Source: Callorhinchus milii
Lineage: Eukaryota
Direction of reading: 5' to 3'
Assembly (NCBI RefSeq): GCF_018977255.1
Contig: NW_024704772.1
Span: 3,100,001-3,164,000, forward strand
Length of the DNA stretch: 64,000 nt
Positions 14,029-26,534 of the stretch are shown here, in pieces (positions within the stretch are counted from its first letter, which is position 1; the number at the start of each line of letters is the position of its first letter). The notes under the pieces were generated by a model. That model was not told the origin of the DNA. It was given only the letters and a program-made list of their open reading frames with translations, and made no database searches. The position numbers and the translations under genes are program-made.

Positions 14029-15291
14029 TAGCAGCCAAAGCTTTTAGTGGAGTTTTGAAACTAAGTGGTGAGGGCGCGAAACAGAGGGTTTTAAGGAGGA
14101 GAGTAGTGGTTCAATGGCTGAAAACCTGAAGATAGGGAGCAGATTGTGAGATAAAAGCTGCTCGAGACAATAGGATTCAGAGCTGCAACCGAACAGGAGT
14201 GACTTTGTGCTGTGAGGAATGAGTTGTTGGGACCCTGGGAGGCAAGATGTGAATAAGAGGAATTGGTCAGGAAATTACACAGCTGTGCTGAGGTCCATCC
14301 TGAATGCAGTGTAAAGATAGGGCACAAGACGACAGCTATGCTGCCCCCCAATGGTTAGAGACATCCCACAGATTAAACAGTTATGTTTCTATACTACAAT
14401 AGAGGAATAAATGGTTAGGCAACTCACAAAGAGACGCATTTCAACACTGACTTGATGGGCCAATTCAGTGCTGTAATAGTCTATAATTCTGAGAATCGGG
14501 GAGTCCTGTAGTGAAGTGGTTAGCACGCTTGCCTCGCAAGGGGGAGGACCTGGGTTTGATTCCCTGGCAGGACAAAATGTTAGGCAAGTTTCCTTGCTCC
14601 ACACGCCTCTACCTAGCACTAAGTATGAGCCCAATTGACTGATCTCTTTTCCGGGAGCAGTAATCCTTTCAAAAAAAATTATAATTTGCGTCACTCAATG
14701 TAGTGACTGTGCATTTCGCCCACAAAATACGACTGTGAAGCGCTTTGAGACGTCTTGATGACATAAGGCGCTGTATCAAATGCAACAATTATTATTATTA
14801 TTCTAAGATGGAGGTGAGATTTCAGGAGCCGTGGAGTTCTCAAAGGAACTCCAGTTCTTTCTGCATCGCTCCCTTGCCCAGTTAGATAAGACTCTGATCC
14901 TTTGTTGTGGATCACATAATAAGTCAGAGGCAAAGGTAAAGGTAAAGATGAAACAACTTTTATTTGGGAGCTGGTTTAAAGCCTGGCTTCTGCACTGTAC
15001 ACTGAGCCCAGAGGTTAGTCAAGAGATTTACTCTTATCTGGTCTTTTCAGCCACATTTGTGCGTTATTGGTCAATGTAGTTGAAAGAGGATGGGAGAGGT
15101 AGATTAGCCTTTGAACTCACAGCAAAATGGCATCCTTTTCAATTCCACTTGGCTTTACTTCTGAATTATTCTGCCGTGTGCCGTTTCCCCCATTCAGTGA
15201 TGTAGCTAAAAGCCAGATGGGCTGGCGCATGCAACTAAGAGCACGAGACACACATATCCAGGTGGAATATTTGCACACTCAGCCACGAGCC

Positions 15292-18191
15292 TCACTTCTC
15301 CTCTTGCCCCAGGGTGTGCTTGTCGAACAGGTACTCTCCCAGGCCACTGTCAGAGGCTCCCAGCCGCATCAAGTTGGTGATGTGGTTTCCGAATTTCTTG
15401 ATGGCTTCAATTTGTTCCTCCAGGTAGTAGGACTCCAGGAATCCGCACAACTGAAAGAACACAAAACACACAGTCACTACACTTTACTCTATGAAGCGCT
15501 TTGAGGTGTCTCAATGCCGTGTTAAGGTGCTATATCAAATTCAACCATTATTATTATTATTAGCATGGACATCATTTGAGACACCAAATTCCATCAACGA
15601 GGCACCCGGTGTAATGTTAAATAGAAACAGTAGGCTCTAACAAAGGCGGGAGAGGGACGCTATATAAATGCTCCCCATCCCTCAGAGGATAGAATTCAAA
15701 ATCCTCGTCCTCACTTTCAAGGCCCTCCACGGCCTTTGCCCCTCTCTGACCTGCTAAGCCCCTATCAATCTATCCCCTCCCTCCATTCAGCAGCCTCCGG
15801 CCAGCTCCATGTCTCCCGCCCAACCATGGGAGTCTGGGCTTTCAGCCTCTCTGGCCCTAACCTGTAGAATTCCATCCGACAATCCCTTCGCCTTGCTCCT
15901 TCCGTTGCCCGCTTCAAGGCCCTCCTTTGCGATTATGCCTTCAGCCGCCCTCCTACCCTCTCTGCCCTCCCTCATCCCAACCCTGCCCCCCCCCACGCTT
16001 GGGTCTCGATCCCTGACTGTTATAAAATCTTCAGAAGTCAGCAATGGTGTTGTTTCTCCCCATCACCCCCTTCAATTCACTGACAAACCTAAAAGTCTGA
16101 GCTGACACTTTACTTAGATGTCCAGGAGTTTGTAAATGAGAACCCTTCACTGCATGACACCCAGGAAGATAGACAGAGAGAGAGAAAGAGAGAGGTGGGG
16201 AGGATGTTTTGGATTCAAACACACACTTACACTGGGGTCGTTCTGTTCAGAGGCTAGCTTATGCAGCTGCAGGAGACTCTTGTTCACATCTTTCTCCAGC
16301 TGCAGAGCTTTCTCCATCGAGTTCAGGCCATTGCCCCACTCATCCCCCGGTTTCTAAAGCAAACATACAATTCCATTAGAAAAGGGGAGAAAAAAAATTC
16401 AAGGACAATCTCAATCCAAGAACACTATCTCTGACATCCCCGGAGATTAACATTACATCAGTGTGGACAACAACAACAAATTACATTTACACGGCGCTTT
16501 TCATGTCAGGAGGACATGACATCAAAGGGGCTGGACAGTCAGGGATCCGCATCCGAGCTGGTGGTTGGGATCAGGAGGGGGTGGAGGGTAGGGATAGGAG
16601 GGTGACTAAAGGTATGGTCGAAGAGGAGGATCTTGAGACGGATCTTGGAGGAGGCAAGAGAGGGAGGCGGAGGGATTGTGGGATGGAGTTCCAAAGGCTG
16701 AACTTCTGACCAACGAAGCTAGGTTCATACACAACAAAGAAAAAAAACCAAGCAATTGGGTACGGGGTAGAAAGGAGGTAGGGCTTCCCATTACTGACCT
16801 TAATGTCCTTCAGCACAAGGCGCCCCCCTCGCCGATTCAGGTAGTTCACCAGCCTCTCTGCGTGCTCGTGCTCCTCGTCTGCCTGCTTCTTGTAGTACGT
16901 TGAAAAGTTTTTCAGAGCGACGTCGTCTCGGTCAAAGTAATACGACTGAAAAGAGAGAAAGGCGGCGGTCGGAAAATGAGCTTCATCAATGCCAAAACGT
17001 TGTAATGACCTCTGTGACCTCCTCACCCCTACCAACCCGCCCGCTCCCTCCGCTCATCGAGCTCCGACCTGCTTCACGTCCCCCGCCTTGCCCGCCCCAC
17101 CATGGGCGATCGGGCCTTCAGCCTCTCTGCCGCCATGCTCTGGAACTCCATCCCACAGTCCGGCCGTCTCGCCTGTTCCCTCGCCTCTTTCAAGGCCCAA
17201 CTCAAGACCCTCCTCTTCAACCGCGCCTTCAGGCACTCTCCTAACCTCCCCCCTCCTAATCCCAACCCCCAGCTCGGATCCAAATCCCTGACAATCCGGC
17301 GCCCTGGGACATCCTCCCGACGTGAAAGGCGCCGTGTAAATGTCATTTGTTGGTGGTGGTGGTGGTCTGCTGAGGGTATCAGGGTGCGGATGTGAGGGAG
17401 TGACCGGGTGTGAGGCGGTGACCGGGTGTGAGGGAGTGACCGGGTGTGAGTGTGAACAAGGGAGTGACCGGATGTGAGGGAGTGACCGGGTGTGAGTGCG
17501 AACGAGGGAGTGACCGGATGTGAGGGAGTGACCGGGTGTGAGTGCGAACGAGGGAGTGACCGGATGTGAGGGAGTGACCGGGTGTGAGTGCGAACGAGGG
17601 AGTGACCGGATGTGAGGCGGTGACCGGGGTGTGAGGGGGTGACCGGGGTGTGAGGCGGTGACCGGGTGTGAGGTGGTGACCGGGTGTGAGGCGGTGACCG
17701 GGTGTGAGGGAGTGACCGGGTGTGAGGGTGTGAGGCGGTGACCGGGTGTGAGGGAGTGACCGGGTGTGAAGGTGTGAGGCGGTGACCGGGTGTGAGGGAG
17801 TGACCGGGTGTGAGTGTGAACGAGGGAGTGACCGGATGTGAGGCGGTGACCAGGTGTGAGGGAGTGACCCGGTGTGAGGCGGTGACCGGGTGTGAGGGTG
17901 TGAGGCGGTGACCGGGTGTGAGGCGGTGACCGGGTGTGAGGCGGTGACCGGGTGTGACACACTCACCATGGACAGGTAGGTATACCTGGCGTTCAGCTCC
18001 ATGTTGATCTGCGAGTTGATGCCCTCCTCACAGGCTGCCGAGAGGCTCTTGATGCGGCTCCGTCGCGCGGGGCAGCCGCTCCCTTCGCCCCGCCGCCCGA
18101 CCCAGGCGATGCCGGGCAGGGAGGGCGGCGGCCGGAGGAGGGAGCGGCCGGTGAACACCAGGAGCGGTCGCCATGCCCGCAGACTCCCCAT
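15292..18191 (-). CDS. Ferritin paralog C with an Arg-rich N-terminal extension (putative mitochondrial ferritin precursor, 217 aa, 4 exons)
   Basis: Exons 18191-17967 (225 nt), 16945-16799 (147), 16353-16231 (123) and 15450-15292 (159, TGA). Protein: [217 protein letters not shown]. Ferritin identity is clear; the start codon is inferred. Confidence 0.9.
15685..16022 (+). mobile_element. L2 LINE 3' fragment
   Basis: Reads [17 protein letters not shown]..., a degenerate L2 ORF2 C-terminus. Confidence 0.75.
17000..17366 (+). mobile_element. L2 LINE 3' fragment
   Basis: [19 protein letters not shown]...[11 protein letters not shown], followed by the 3' stem-loop and a (TGG/TTG)n tail. Confidence 0.8.
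17385..17957. repeat. G-rich minisatellite (about 18-nt core GTGAGG(G/C)(A/G)GTGACCGG(G/A)T) in intron 1 of ferritin C
   Basis: Roughly 25-30 tandem units starting a few nucleotides inside the exon 1 donor. Confidence 0.95.
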
Positions 18192-18199
18192 GTGACTGA

Positions 18200-18500
18200 T
18201 CTTTTCGCGCCTCACCCGCGCGCTCGGCCTCCCGCCTCCGGCCGCCCGCGCTGATTGGTCAATCCCCCCCCTCACGTGGTCAGAGTCAACAAGCGGCCCC
18301 CTCGTCACGTGCTCTGCCTCATGACGCGCTGATTGGTCAATTCCCGCCCCCCCCCCTCACACACGTGGTCCGAGTCAACCCGCGCCCAAACCATCGCCAC
18401 GTGCTCTGGCTCCCGCGCTGATTGGTCAGTGTCAACAAACGGCCCAACCGCCGACGCACGCGAGCGGCCCTTCCTCCACGTGACCCCACCAACGCCCATG
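18200..18500 (-). promoter_or_regulatory. CpG-island promoter of ferritin C with triplicated CCAAT/E-box modules
   Basis: GCGCTGATTGGTCA three times (ATTGG at 18254, 18332, 18421) and CACGTG five times (18273, 18306, 18362, 18398, 18477). No TATA box seen. Confidence 0.7.
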
Positions 18501-19970
18501 TGATGCCGGGTTGGGTCGGGTTGGGCGGGTTTCACGCCCAACTGGGCGGTTTTGTGTGGCGAAGCTTCACATTGGGCTACTTTTGGGCTGGCGTCTGGCA
18601 GGAAAGATAGAAAACAGGGGGAGGGGGGGGAGGCCATTCAGCCCCTCGAGCCCGTTCCATTCAGATCATGGCTGATCTTGTACCTCACTGCAATTACTCC
18701 GCATCCCTTGAAGCCCTGACCTGACAAATACCAAGTCAATAGCTGTGGACTTTGGGCTACAAACATATTGGGACACACGTCCAAACCCAGGGGGCAACCG
18801 AGGCAAGTTGGTGCCCACGGGAACAAGCCATGGCGACCAAGAGCATCCCGGGACCCGCAGGGGCAACCGAGACGAACGGCAATCTGGCTTTCTGGCCCCC
18901 GCCTCGCTGGAACTCCATCCCACAGCCCCTCCGCTTCACCCCTCCCTCGCCTCCTCCTCTTCGAACGACCGCATCTTTGGTCACCCTCCGACCCCCCCCC
19001 CACCCCACCCCACCCACCCTCCATCCCTGCCCTCCGCCCCTCCCGATCCCAACCCCCACCTCGGGTGCAAATCCCTGACCGTCCAGCATCTTGGGACGTC
19101 CTCCCGCCGTGAAAGGCGCCGTGTAAATGCCATGTGTTGTGATGGGTCCAACGTACCAGCTCGCGTTTCGCCCACAAAATATACAGTCAATTCGCTGCGG
19201 TGTATCCCGTGAAGCGCTTTGAGACGTCTCGAAGACGTGATAAGGCGCGATATCAAATGCGAGGAGTGTAAAGTGTAGTGACTGTGTATTTTGTGGGCGA
19301 AACGCGGCAGCCAATCGCGCACAAACAGTCGTGGATTGAGTGACCAAATTATTATTTCTTAAATTTGTTTTGGAAGGGAAAGCAATCCACCAATCGACTA
19401 TCAACCAGGTTCCTACTTACTGTTGGGTGAACAGAGGCGCGTGTGCGGAGCAAGGAAACTTGCCTAAGGTTTCGCCCTGAGCAACAACAACAACAACAAC
19501 AACATGCAGTTGCTGAACAGGAGCGCCTAAAGGGTAGCCCTGCCAAGCCAACTGGATGCTAACGAGTGGTTAACTCGTTAGATCCCACTGATAGAACCGC
19601 AAAGAGTTAACCTGCTCTCTCCCACTGCTGTCTTGTCAGAAACATTTTGGTGGAGCAGTTGGGCTCTGTGCTCGGAAGGTTAGATGTTTTTGCTCTGTTG
19701 CACCTTCAGTACGAAAACGCAGCAAGTTAAATACAGCCTCGTTGCAGCCTAGTCTGTCTGTCGTACTATCTCTCCTGCCCAATAGTCGACCTCCGCCCTT
19801 TAAGGCATCATTTGACCAAAAGATTATCTTCCGCCCTTCAGCTTTGCGGGACGAGGCAGGCAGGCGGCGGCGGCGGGGAGGGGTGTGTGGGGAGAGGAGG
19901 GGGGGGTGTGTGGGGAGAGGGTGGGGGGAGCTAAACAGCCAGCCAGCCATTCGGAGAGACAACCCGCAAC

Positions 19971-22751
19971 ATGTCAGACAGCAAAGATCAGAGCACCGTA
20001 CAGACCGGGGAGAAAGATGGCGAGGCACCATTGGAAACAGCCTGCGACCAGCTCAAAGCAGCCATGGAAAAGTGGTAAGCCTTCGACTCAGAACACCGGA
20101 ATCGTATCGATGACCATCCTCCGTCCCTTGTGGAACAACGGTTGACATTTTGAAACCCTCCCGATAAAATGGAGCTGGTTTGTAAATCTCTCGGTGCTAA
20201 TATAATATTAATAATAATAATCCTTGCATTTGATATGGCGCTTTATCACATCTTCGAGACATCTTAAAGCTCTTCACAGAATATAATGTAATGCGTAGTG
20301 ACTGTATATTTTCCGGGAGATATGTTTTGTTAAAAAAAAGGTCGTTGGGAGAGTGCAGTCGGAGAGAGCAGGGGTCTTGTCTGTTTGAGCAGGAGCATTC
20401 CTGTGGCTACATGTCTGTTATGTCACTCCCTCAAACCCTCCGGGAGACACACACACCCCTACCCTATACATGCGTGTATGCACACACATACTCAAATCAT
20501 ACACATGCATTCCACCCATGCCCCCCCACCCCACACACACACACACACCCCTACATGCATGTGTGCACCACGCACAAACATACGCACGCACCCCTACTGT
20601 AAACCTGCTGTGTGCACATATATGCATGCACGCACACACACATTCACATCCTTCACATCCAATACACTCAATAAAACACAATCATGCGGAAACACACTGG
20701 TCTGCGCAAACACTGCCACAATCCACGTACACCGCACGCCTGTGAGAGTGAAACCGTCCTTGAGATGTCGGGGAATAAGGCCCTTAATAAGAAGAATAAT
20801 ACTTGCATTTGATATTGTGCCTTATCACGTCTTCGAGACATCTCAAAGCGCTTGACTGTGTATTTTGTGTGCGAAACGCACCATCTATATTGCAGCTTGC
20901 ATCTATACAGCGCCTTTCGCACACAAGAAATGCCTCAAAGCGCTTTGCAGAGAGATTAATTAGAAATGAATAGATCCTGGTTATGGAGACAAACCCAGCA
21001 GCTGGTGTATGCCGGCAATATTCCCACAAACTTATGAGTTCTCTCATAAGCAAAGATCAGGGAAATGAATATAATAATCCCTTGCATTATTATTGTGGGG
21101 GCGAAATTCCTTACTACACACACACGCACCTGTCTGTTGACCCAGCAGTAAGTAGGAATCCAGTTGTTAGTTGATTGGCAGATCGCTCTCCAGGGCTAAT
21201 AATCCCTCCAATCACTCAATAAAATGGTCACTCAATCCACGGCTGTTTGTGGGGACGCTGCTGTGCGCAATTGGCTGCCGCATTTCGCCCACAAAATACA
21301 CAGTTACTCCACTTTACAGTGCATCCTATGAAGCACATTGAGACGTCTCGAAGACGTGATAAGGCACGATATCAAATGCAAGGAGTACTATTGTTAGATA
21401 CAGCACCTATAGTGTCTCAAAGTGCTTTGCAATAATTATTGTCAACCGTTGTCAACATCCAATTTGCTCTCACGGCAAAGGACCATTTATCTGGAGGCTG
21501 AGATCTGGACAAAGGAGTCACCCACTTGGCATTAACGGGTGATTTGCTTTCTTAAGGTGGAACATCTCGCTTGAAAATATCCCCGACCCTGTGAAACAGA
21601 GGCTAACATTTTTTTTTGGGGGTGTTGGGGGTCAGCTGGACGTCTGACACACGCGGAAACCCATCACCATTACTTAAGACTCTCCAAACCGAGCTGAGAA
21701 TGTGCGTTGGGATGAACTGCTGGAGTCTGTCCAAGCTTTCCCCATTGCTTGCAGCTGCTTTGCTTATCTTACACTCCCTCGGCCTCCAGCCCCTATCCTC
21801 CCCCCTCTCCTACCCCCCGCTACCGCCAAAGGCAGGAGGGAGAGCTCCCCGCCACACCCACAGACAACTCTACTCCCTGGCTCAGCAAGCGGGCCCCAGG
21901 CTGACTCAGCAAGCCCGAGCTCGTGCAACGAGAGGAATCCAGGCCGTGTTGTTTTTGCCCGTTTCACGGCTGGCCGAGCGAGCGCTGCCATTGTGTGGGT
22001 GCAGTGAAGCCAAGCGGTGACTGGGCACAGTTCCCGGCCAGGTTGGGCGCTGGGCTGATATTCCACAGGGGCCCCGAGAACTTCCCGGTATAATAATAAT
22101 AATAATAATAATAATCCTGGTATTTGACCCAGTGCCTTATCACGTCTTTGAGGCGTCTCAAAGCGCTTCATGGGATACACTGTAAAGTGGAGTGACTGTG
22201 TATTTTGTGGGCGGAGCGCGGCAGCCAATTGTGCCCAGCAGCGTCAGTATCGCTTTTCCAGGGGTAATAATAATAATCCCTTTTGATCAAAAATTGGACA
22301 CTCAATCCGCGATTGTTTGTGGGGACGTCGCTGGGCGCAATTGGCTGCTGCGTTTCGCCCCCAAAACACACAGTCACTCCACTTTGCTGTATATCCTGTG
22401 AAGCACTTTGAGACGTCTCAAGGATGTGATAAGGCGTTGGGTCAAATGGAAGGCTTATTACTTAGTTATTATCCTCTGGGGATGGAGAGGATGGGACAAG
22501 GGCTTTTCCTGGGGGAGGAGGAAGGAAGGAAGGAAGGACGGAAGAGAGGGAATACCTGTGGGATTTGCTTCGGTGGTGGTGGGGGGGGGGGAGAAGAGGG
22601 GAGAAGAGTTTCCCCTGGGACCAGCTTCCGACGCCCGCTAACGCTGGCGATTTCTTTCGTTTCCAGCATCACAACAAAAGGCGAAGAGAGTTGCGAGGCG
22701 GCAGCCGCAGCTTACAGGGACTGTATGAAGAGGTTAGGGTTTAACGTGTAG
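19971..22751 (+). CDS. COX17-like twin-CX9C protein (62 aa) lacking the Cys-Cys copper site
   Basis: Exon 19971-20074 (AAC-ATG start, ends TG|gtaagc) joins exon 22667-22751 (tttctttcgtttccag|C...TAG); the phase-2 junction rebuilds a Cys codon. Protein: MSDSKDQSTVQTGEKDGEAPLETACDQLKAAMEKCITTKGEESCEAAAAAYRDCMKRLGFNV*. The C-terminal half aligns with COX17 (human [28 protein letters not shown], from memory). A further donor GTGAGC lies at 22757, just after the stop. Confidence 0.85.
21635..21705 (+). repeat. Unclassified dispersed repeat
   Basis: TCTGACACACGCGGAAACCCATCACC...TTAAGA(C/G)TCTCCAAACC recurs at about 23085-23180, 44060-44150 and, inverted, 60530-60655. Confidence 0.65.
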
Positions 22752-23276
22752 CCACGGTGAGCATCTGCCTGGTTTCTGTGTCACACAAATAGACGCTGCA
22801 TCACAACTCCCCCCTCCCTACCCCATTGTCGAGCTCCACAAGTCCCTCACTGTTGCCCAAGTCCACCGCCTGGCTCTACCTCAGCTAAACATCACCCCCA
22901 CATCGCCCCAGCTCATATACGCCCTATAATAATAGCAATAATAATCCTTGCATTCGATACAGAGCCTTATCACGTCTTCGAGATGTCTCAAAGCACTTCA
23001 CTGCAAAGGGAATTGACTGTGGATTTTGGGGGGTGGGGGGGGTGGGGGTGGGGGTGTGGTTTGAACCATTTTTTTGCCCAGCCGGGTATCTGACCGTTGC
23101 TTAAGAGTCTCCAAACCCAACTGAGAATTCCCCACGTCCCACCCACACCTGGAAACCCCGGAGAGAGATGGTTGGAATGCTCTCTCTCTCTCCCTCTCCC
23201 CCTGGAGAGACGCCCCCTGCTCACCTAATTCTAGAGAGTATTAGGCACAAGTTGGTGAGAGCCAAGGCTTGGGGGT

Positions 23277-23307
<31 letters not shown>

Positions 23308-26300
23308 GGAGCCCAGAGTGTGCGTGGGGGTAACTGCTGGAGTCTAACCAGCTAAGACCATATGGTTCGGGCTTTAAACCAGATCCTCCACACCCACAAG
23401 GTTACAGTCACACCCTTCCTCATCCTCACTTTCAAAGCCCTCCACGGCCTTGCTCCTCCCTACCTCTGTGACCTGCTAAATAGACCCCTACCCTCCCTGC
23501 CCTCCTCCTGATGCCAATCCCCAGCTCGGGTCCAAATCCCTGACTGCCCAGCGCCTTGGGACATCCTCCCACCACAAAAGGGCAGCGTAAACATAACCTC
23601 TTGTTGTCTCCACAGGTATCTGCAGCTCCGTGTTGTCCTGATTTCAGACTCCTTCGCTTCCCGCTCGTACCTCTCCCTCCCTCCCTGTCCCTCCCGCCAT
23701 CTCTCGCTCACTAACACACCTCCAACTTGGCCGGCTACTAACAGACGCAACAACCCATTCGCAGTCTGGAGAGTCCTGGGTACAGAGGGCGAGCGGGGAG
23801 AGGGTATCCAAGGGCAGGAAAGCTTGTGTGCTTGTGCCAACTCCTGTGCCAGGGGCACAACCAGGCAACCAAGTCCTTTCCAAACTCACTAACTCCACTA
23901 ACATCTCGGGAGCACCTTCAGGTCAGATCTCAATCCCACGTGGATATCATTAACGCTTGCCTTTAACACAGCGTCTCGCGGTGCTTCACTGAGCTTCAAG
24001 TGAATTGCTGTCGAGTGTAGTGACTGTGCTTTTGTTTCTAACCCAGAAGCGACTCAATAAAATGCAACCGCAGAGTAGCACCACGACACCAAGTCCTCAC
24101 CAGGCTCCACTGGCTTCCAATTACGGAACGCATCGATTTCAAGATCCTCTCTTTATTTCCCCCCCCCCGGCAGCCCCACCCTACCTCTCCGATCTGCTTA
24201 CTCCCCCCTCCCCCACCACACCACCCGCTGCCTCCGCTCTTCTGGCTCCGGCCTCCTGTTCGTCCCTCGCCCCCTCCGCTCTACCATTGAAGGCCATACA
24301 TTCAGCCACTATGCCCCGAAACTCTCTCACTCAATCCCTCCACCTTGTCCCCCTCCCTCAGACTCCATCACTGTCGAGCACTCTACCCCGGGTGTTGTTG
24401 CAACCTCCAGCAATAGCCCAACCCAGCTCCAGCCCTGCTCACCCACCAGCAATACCCACACAAACCAGCTGTGCCCATTCACTGATGTGGACCAAACGCC
24501 ACCATCACCAGTCCCCCCCCCCGCTCTCCTGGGACCGACCAGCCACGTTGTGGCGGTGTAAACTCCGGCAAGGCTCCAGCCATCAACCAACCTCGTCTCC
24601 AGTCGCTTTCACCCAAAACTCTGTCTTTGCTTCTCAGTAAATATATTTTATCAGTAATAAAAATATTAAAACTCTCCCGATTCCGTTGATCTTATGGAAT
24701 TATTAATAATAATCCTTACATTTGATACAACACCTCATCACGTCAAAACGTTTCACAGGATACATCGTAAAGTGGAGTGACTGTATCTGGAGGGCAAAAC
24801 ACGGCAGCCAATTAATTGGGCACAGCAGCGTCCCACAAACCGTCGTGGAATGTGAGACCAATTTTTTTTATGGGATTATATTCGATGAACAGAAACCTTT
24901 CAATACAAGTTACAAAAATAATCAAAAGGTAAAGAATTTATTGTGACAGAAAAGATCCCAATCGAACACATATATATAAATATATACACTGCAGCCTTAC
25001 TACACAGCAAAGCTGGCTACGAGGTTTGACGTCTTAGCTCTGGGCAGTCTCTCCCCCCTCCCCACATTACCCCACCACCACCACAAGTTAAAAGCATTCA
25101 CATCCCCCACTTTCCCCGTATCTGAAAAGCAGTTATACAAAGTGCATCAAACAGGTTTGGGGCTGTGTTTAGAGGACGTTACGTTGCGCGTGTTCGTTAG
25201 TGAGGCCATTCGGTTAGTTTCCAGGTAAGATGGGCGAGCGACGAGATACAAGTGTTTCTTACAAGACAATGTGCGTCAAAGTGCAGCGGGAGCGTGGGAT
25301 AAACAGACGCCATCATAACCCATTCTAGATTGCATCCCAGTCCAGCTCTAGATTCAACCTCAGACCAGCTCTAGGCACATCGATCTAGAACAGCGCGAGA
25401 TTCTCTTTCCTGCACAGCACATCTGGAGCCCGATAGCTAGAATACAGCAGGATGCTCTCGCAAACAATAATAATAATCCTCGCATTTGATATAGCGTCTT
25501 ATCACGTCGTGGAGACATCTCAAAGCGCTTCACAGAATTATACCACGGTCTTCGAACAGCGGGAAAAAAAAATCTGCGGAAACCTTGGGAGATGTCTGCT
25601 CACAGCAGCAGCAGGAAAGGGATTTATTTTACCCCCCCTCCACCCACACAAAAAATAAAGCAAAGACCTGAATAAAACCAGCAGCAAGCCCCCAAACAGC
25701 AGGCAAAGGTGACCGAGATTTCACGTTACAACTAATAGAAATGGCCGTCCACAAGGCTAAGTCTTGTCAGGTACGTTCTCAATGGTGAGGGGGTGGGGAG
25801 GAGGGCGGGGGGGAGGGGGTGGGGGGGAAGAGAACAGGCACAGCAATCCTTCCATCAGAATCCGAGTGATTTTTCCAGCGGCGTTCCGTAAATTCCAAAA
25901 ACACAGCGTGCGGGTGGAGAGGTGAGGCCGGGTTTTAATCAGCTCCCGATTTAAGGTATGTTAACAGTTTGCACTCCGGACAGAATCAATCATAATAATA
26001 ATAATCCTCGCATTTGATACAGCGCCTTATCATGTCTGCGGGACGTCTCAAAGCCCTTCACAGTAACGTGAATTGACTATGTTTTGTGGGCGAAACCAGC
26101 CACCTGACCCACCCCTTGTTCATCCTTCTCAACCACACCTAGGGATGGGGGGGGAAAGAGGAGGGAAATAGAAAGTACCTCGGAGGGCACCCTGGCTCTT
26201 TGTTTAACCCCTACCCCATCCCCCTGATTTGTTAAGGTCCGTGGGTTGCTTATAATAATAATCCTTGCATTTTATACAGCGTCTTATCACGTCTTCGAGA

Positions 26301-26534
26301 CGTCTCAAAGCTCTTCAAAGCCTTGGAGGGTCTCGCTTAGCGTTTAGTTTTCTAATCTTTCTCCTTCAAACAGCGGGGGGGGGGGGGGGAAACAAAGCAA
26401 AAATACTCAAAAGTCTCGAGTTTTCTCGATATGTATCGGGGCATTGTCCTGGAACTATAATGAACAGGAACTGTGAGAGAGAGAAAGAGAGAGAGAGAGA
26501 GGGAGGGAGAGAGAGAGAGAGCGCAGCTTCTCAT

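Noticed and set aside
17054-17962. Long His/Pro/Thr-rich ORFs (302 and 309 aa)
   Set aside because: They are read-through of a stop-free minisatellite. A canonical ATG|GTGAGT donor at 17966 ends the ferritin exon at the conserved position.
18191-18430. Search for an IRE in the ferritin C leader and for an ERSE (CCAAT-N9-CCACG) in its promoter
   Set aside because: No CAGTGN hairpin on the transcribed strand, and the CCAAT-to-CACG spacings do not fit the ERSE consensus.
24005-24640. 211-aa Pro/Ser-rich ORF
   Set aside because: It overlaps a degenerate L2 3' fragment (RFQDPL...[10 protein letters not shown]) and has no ATG start or domain signal.
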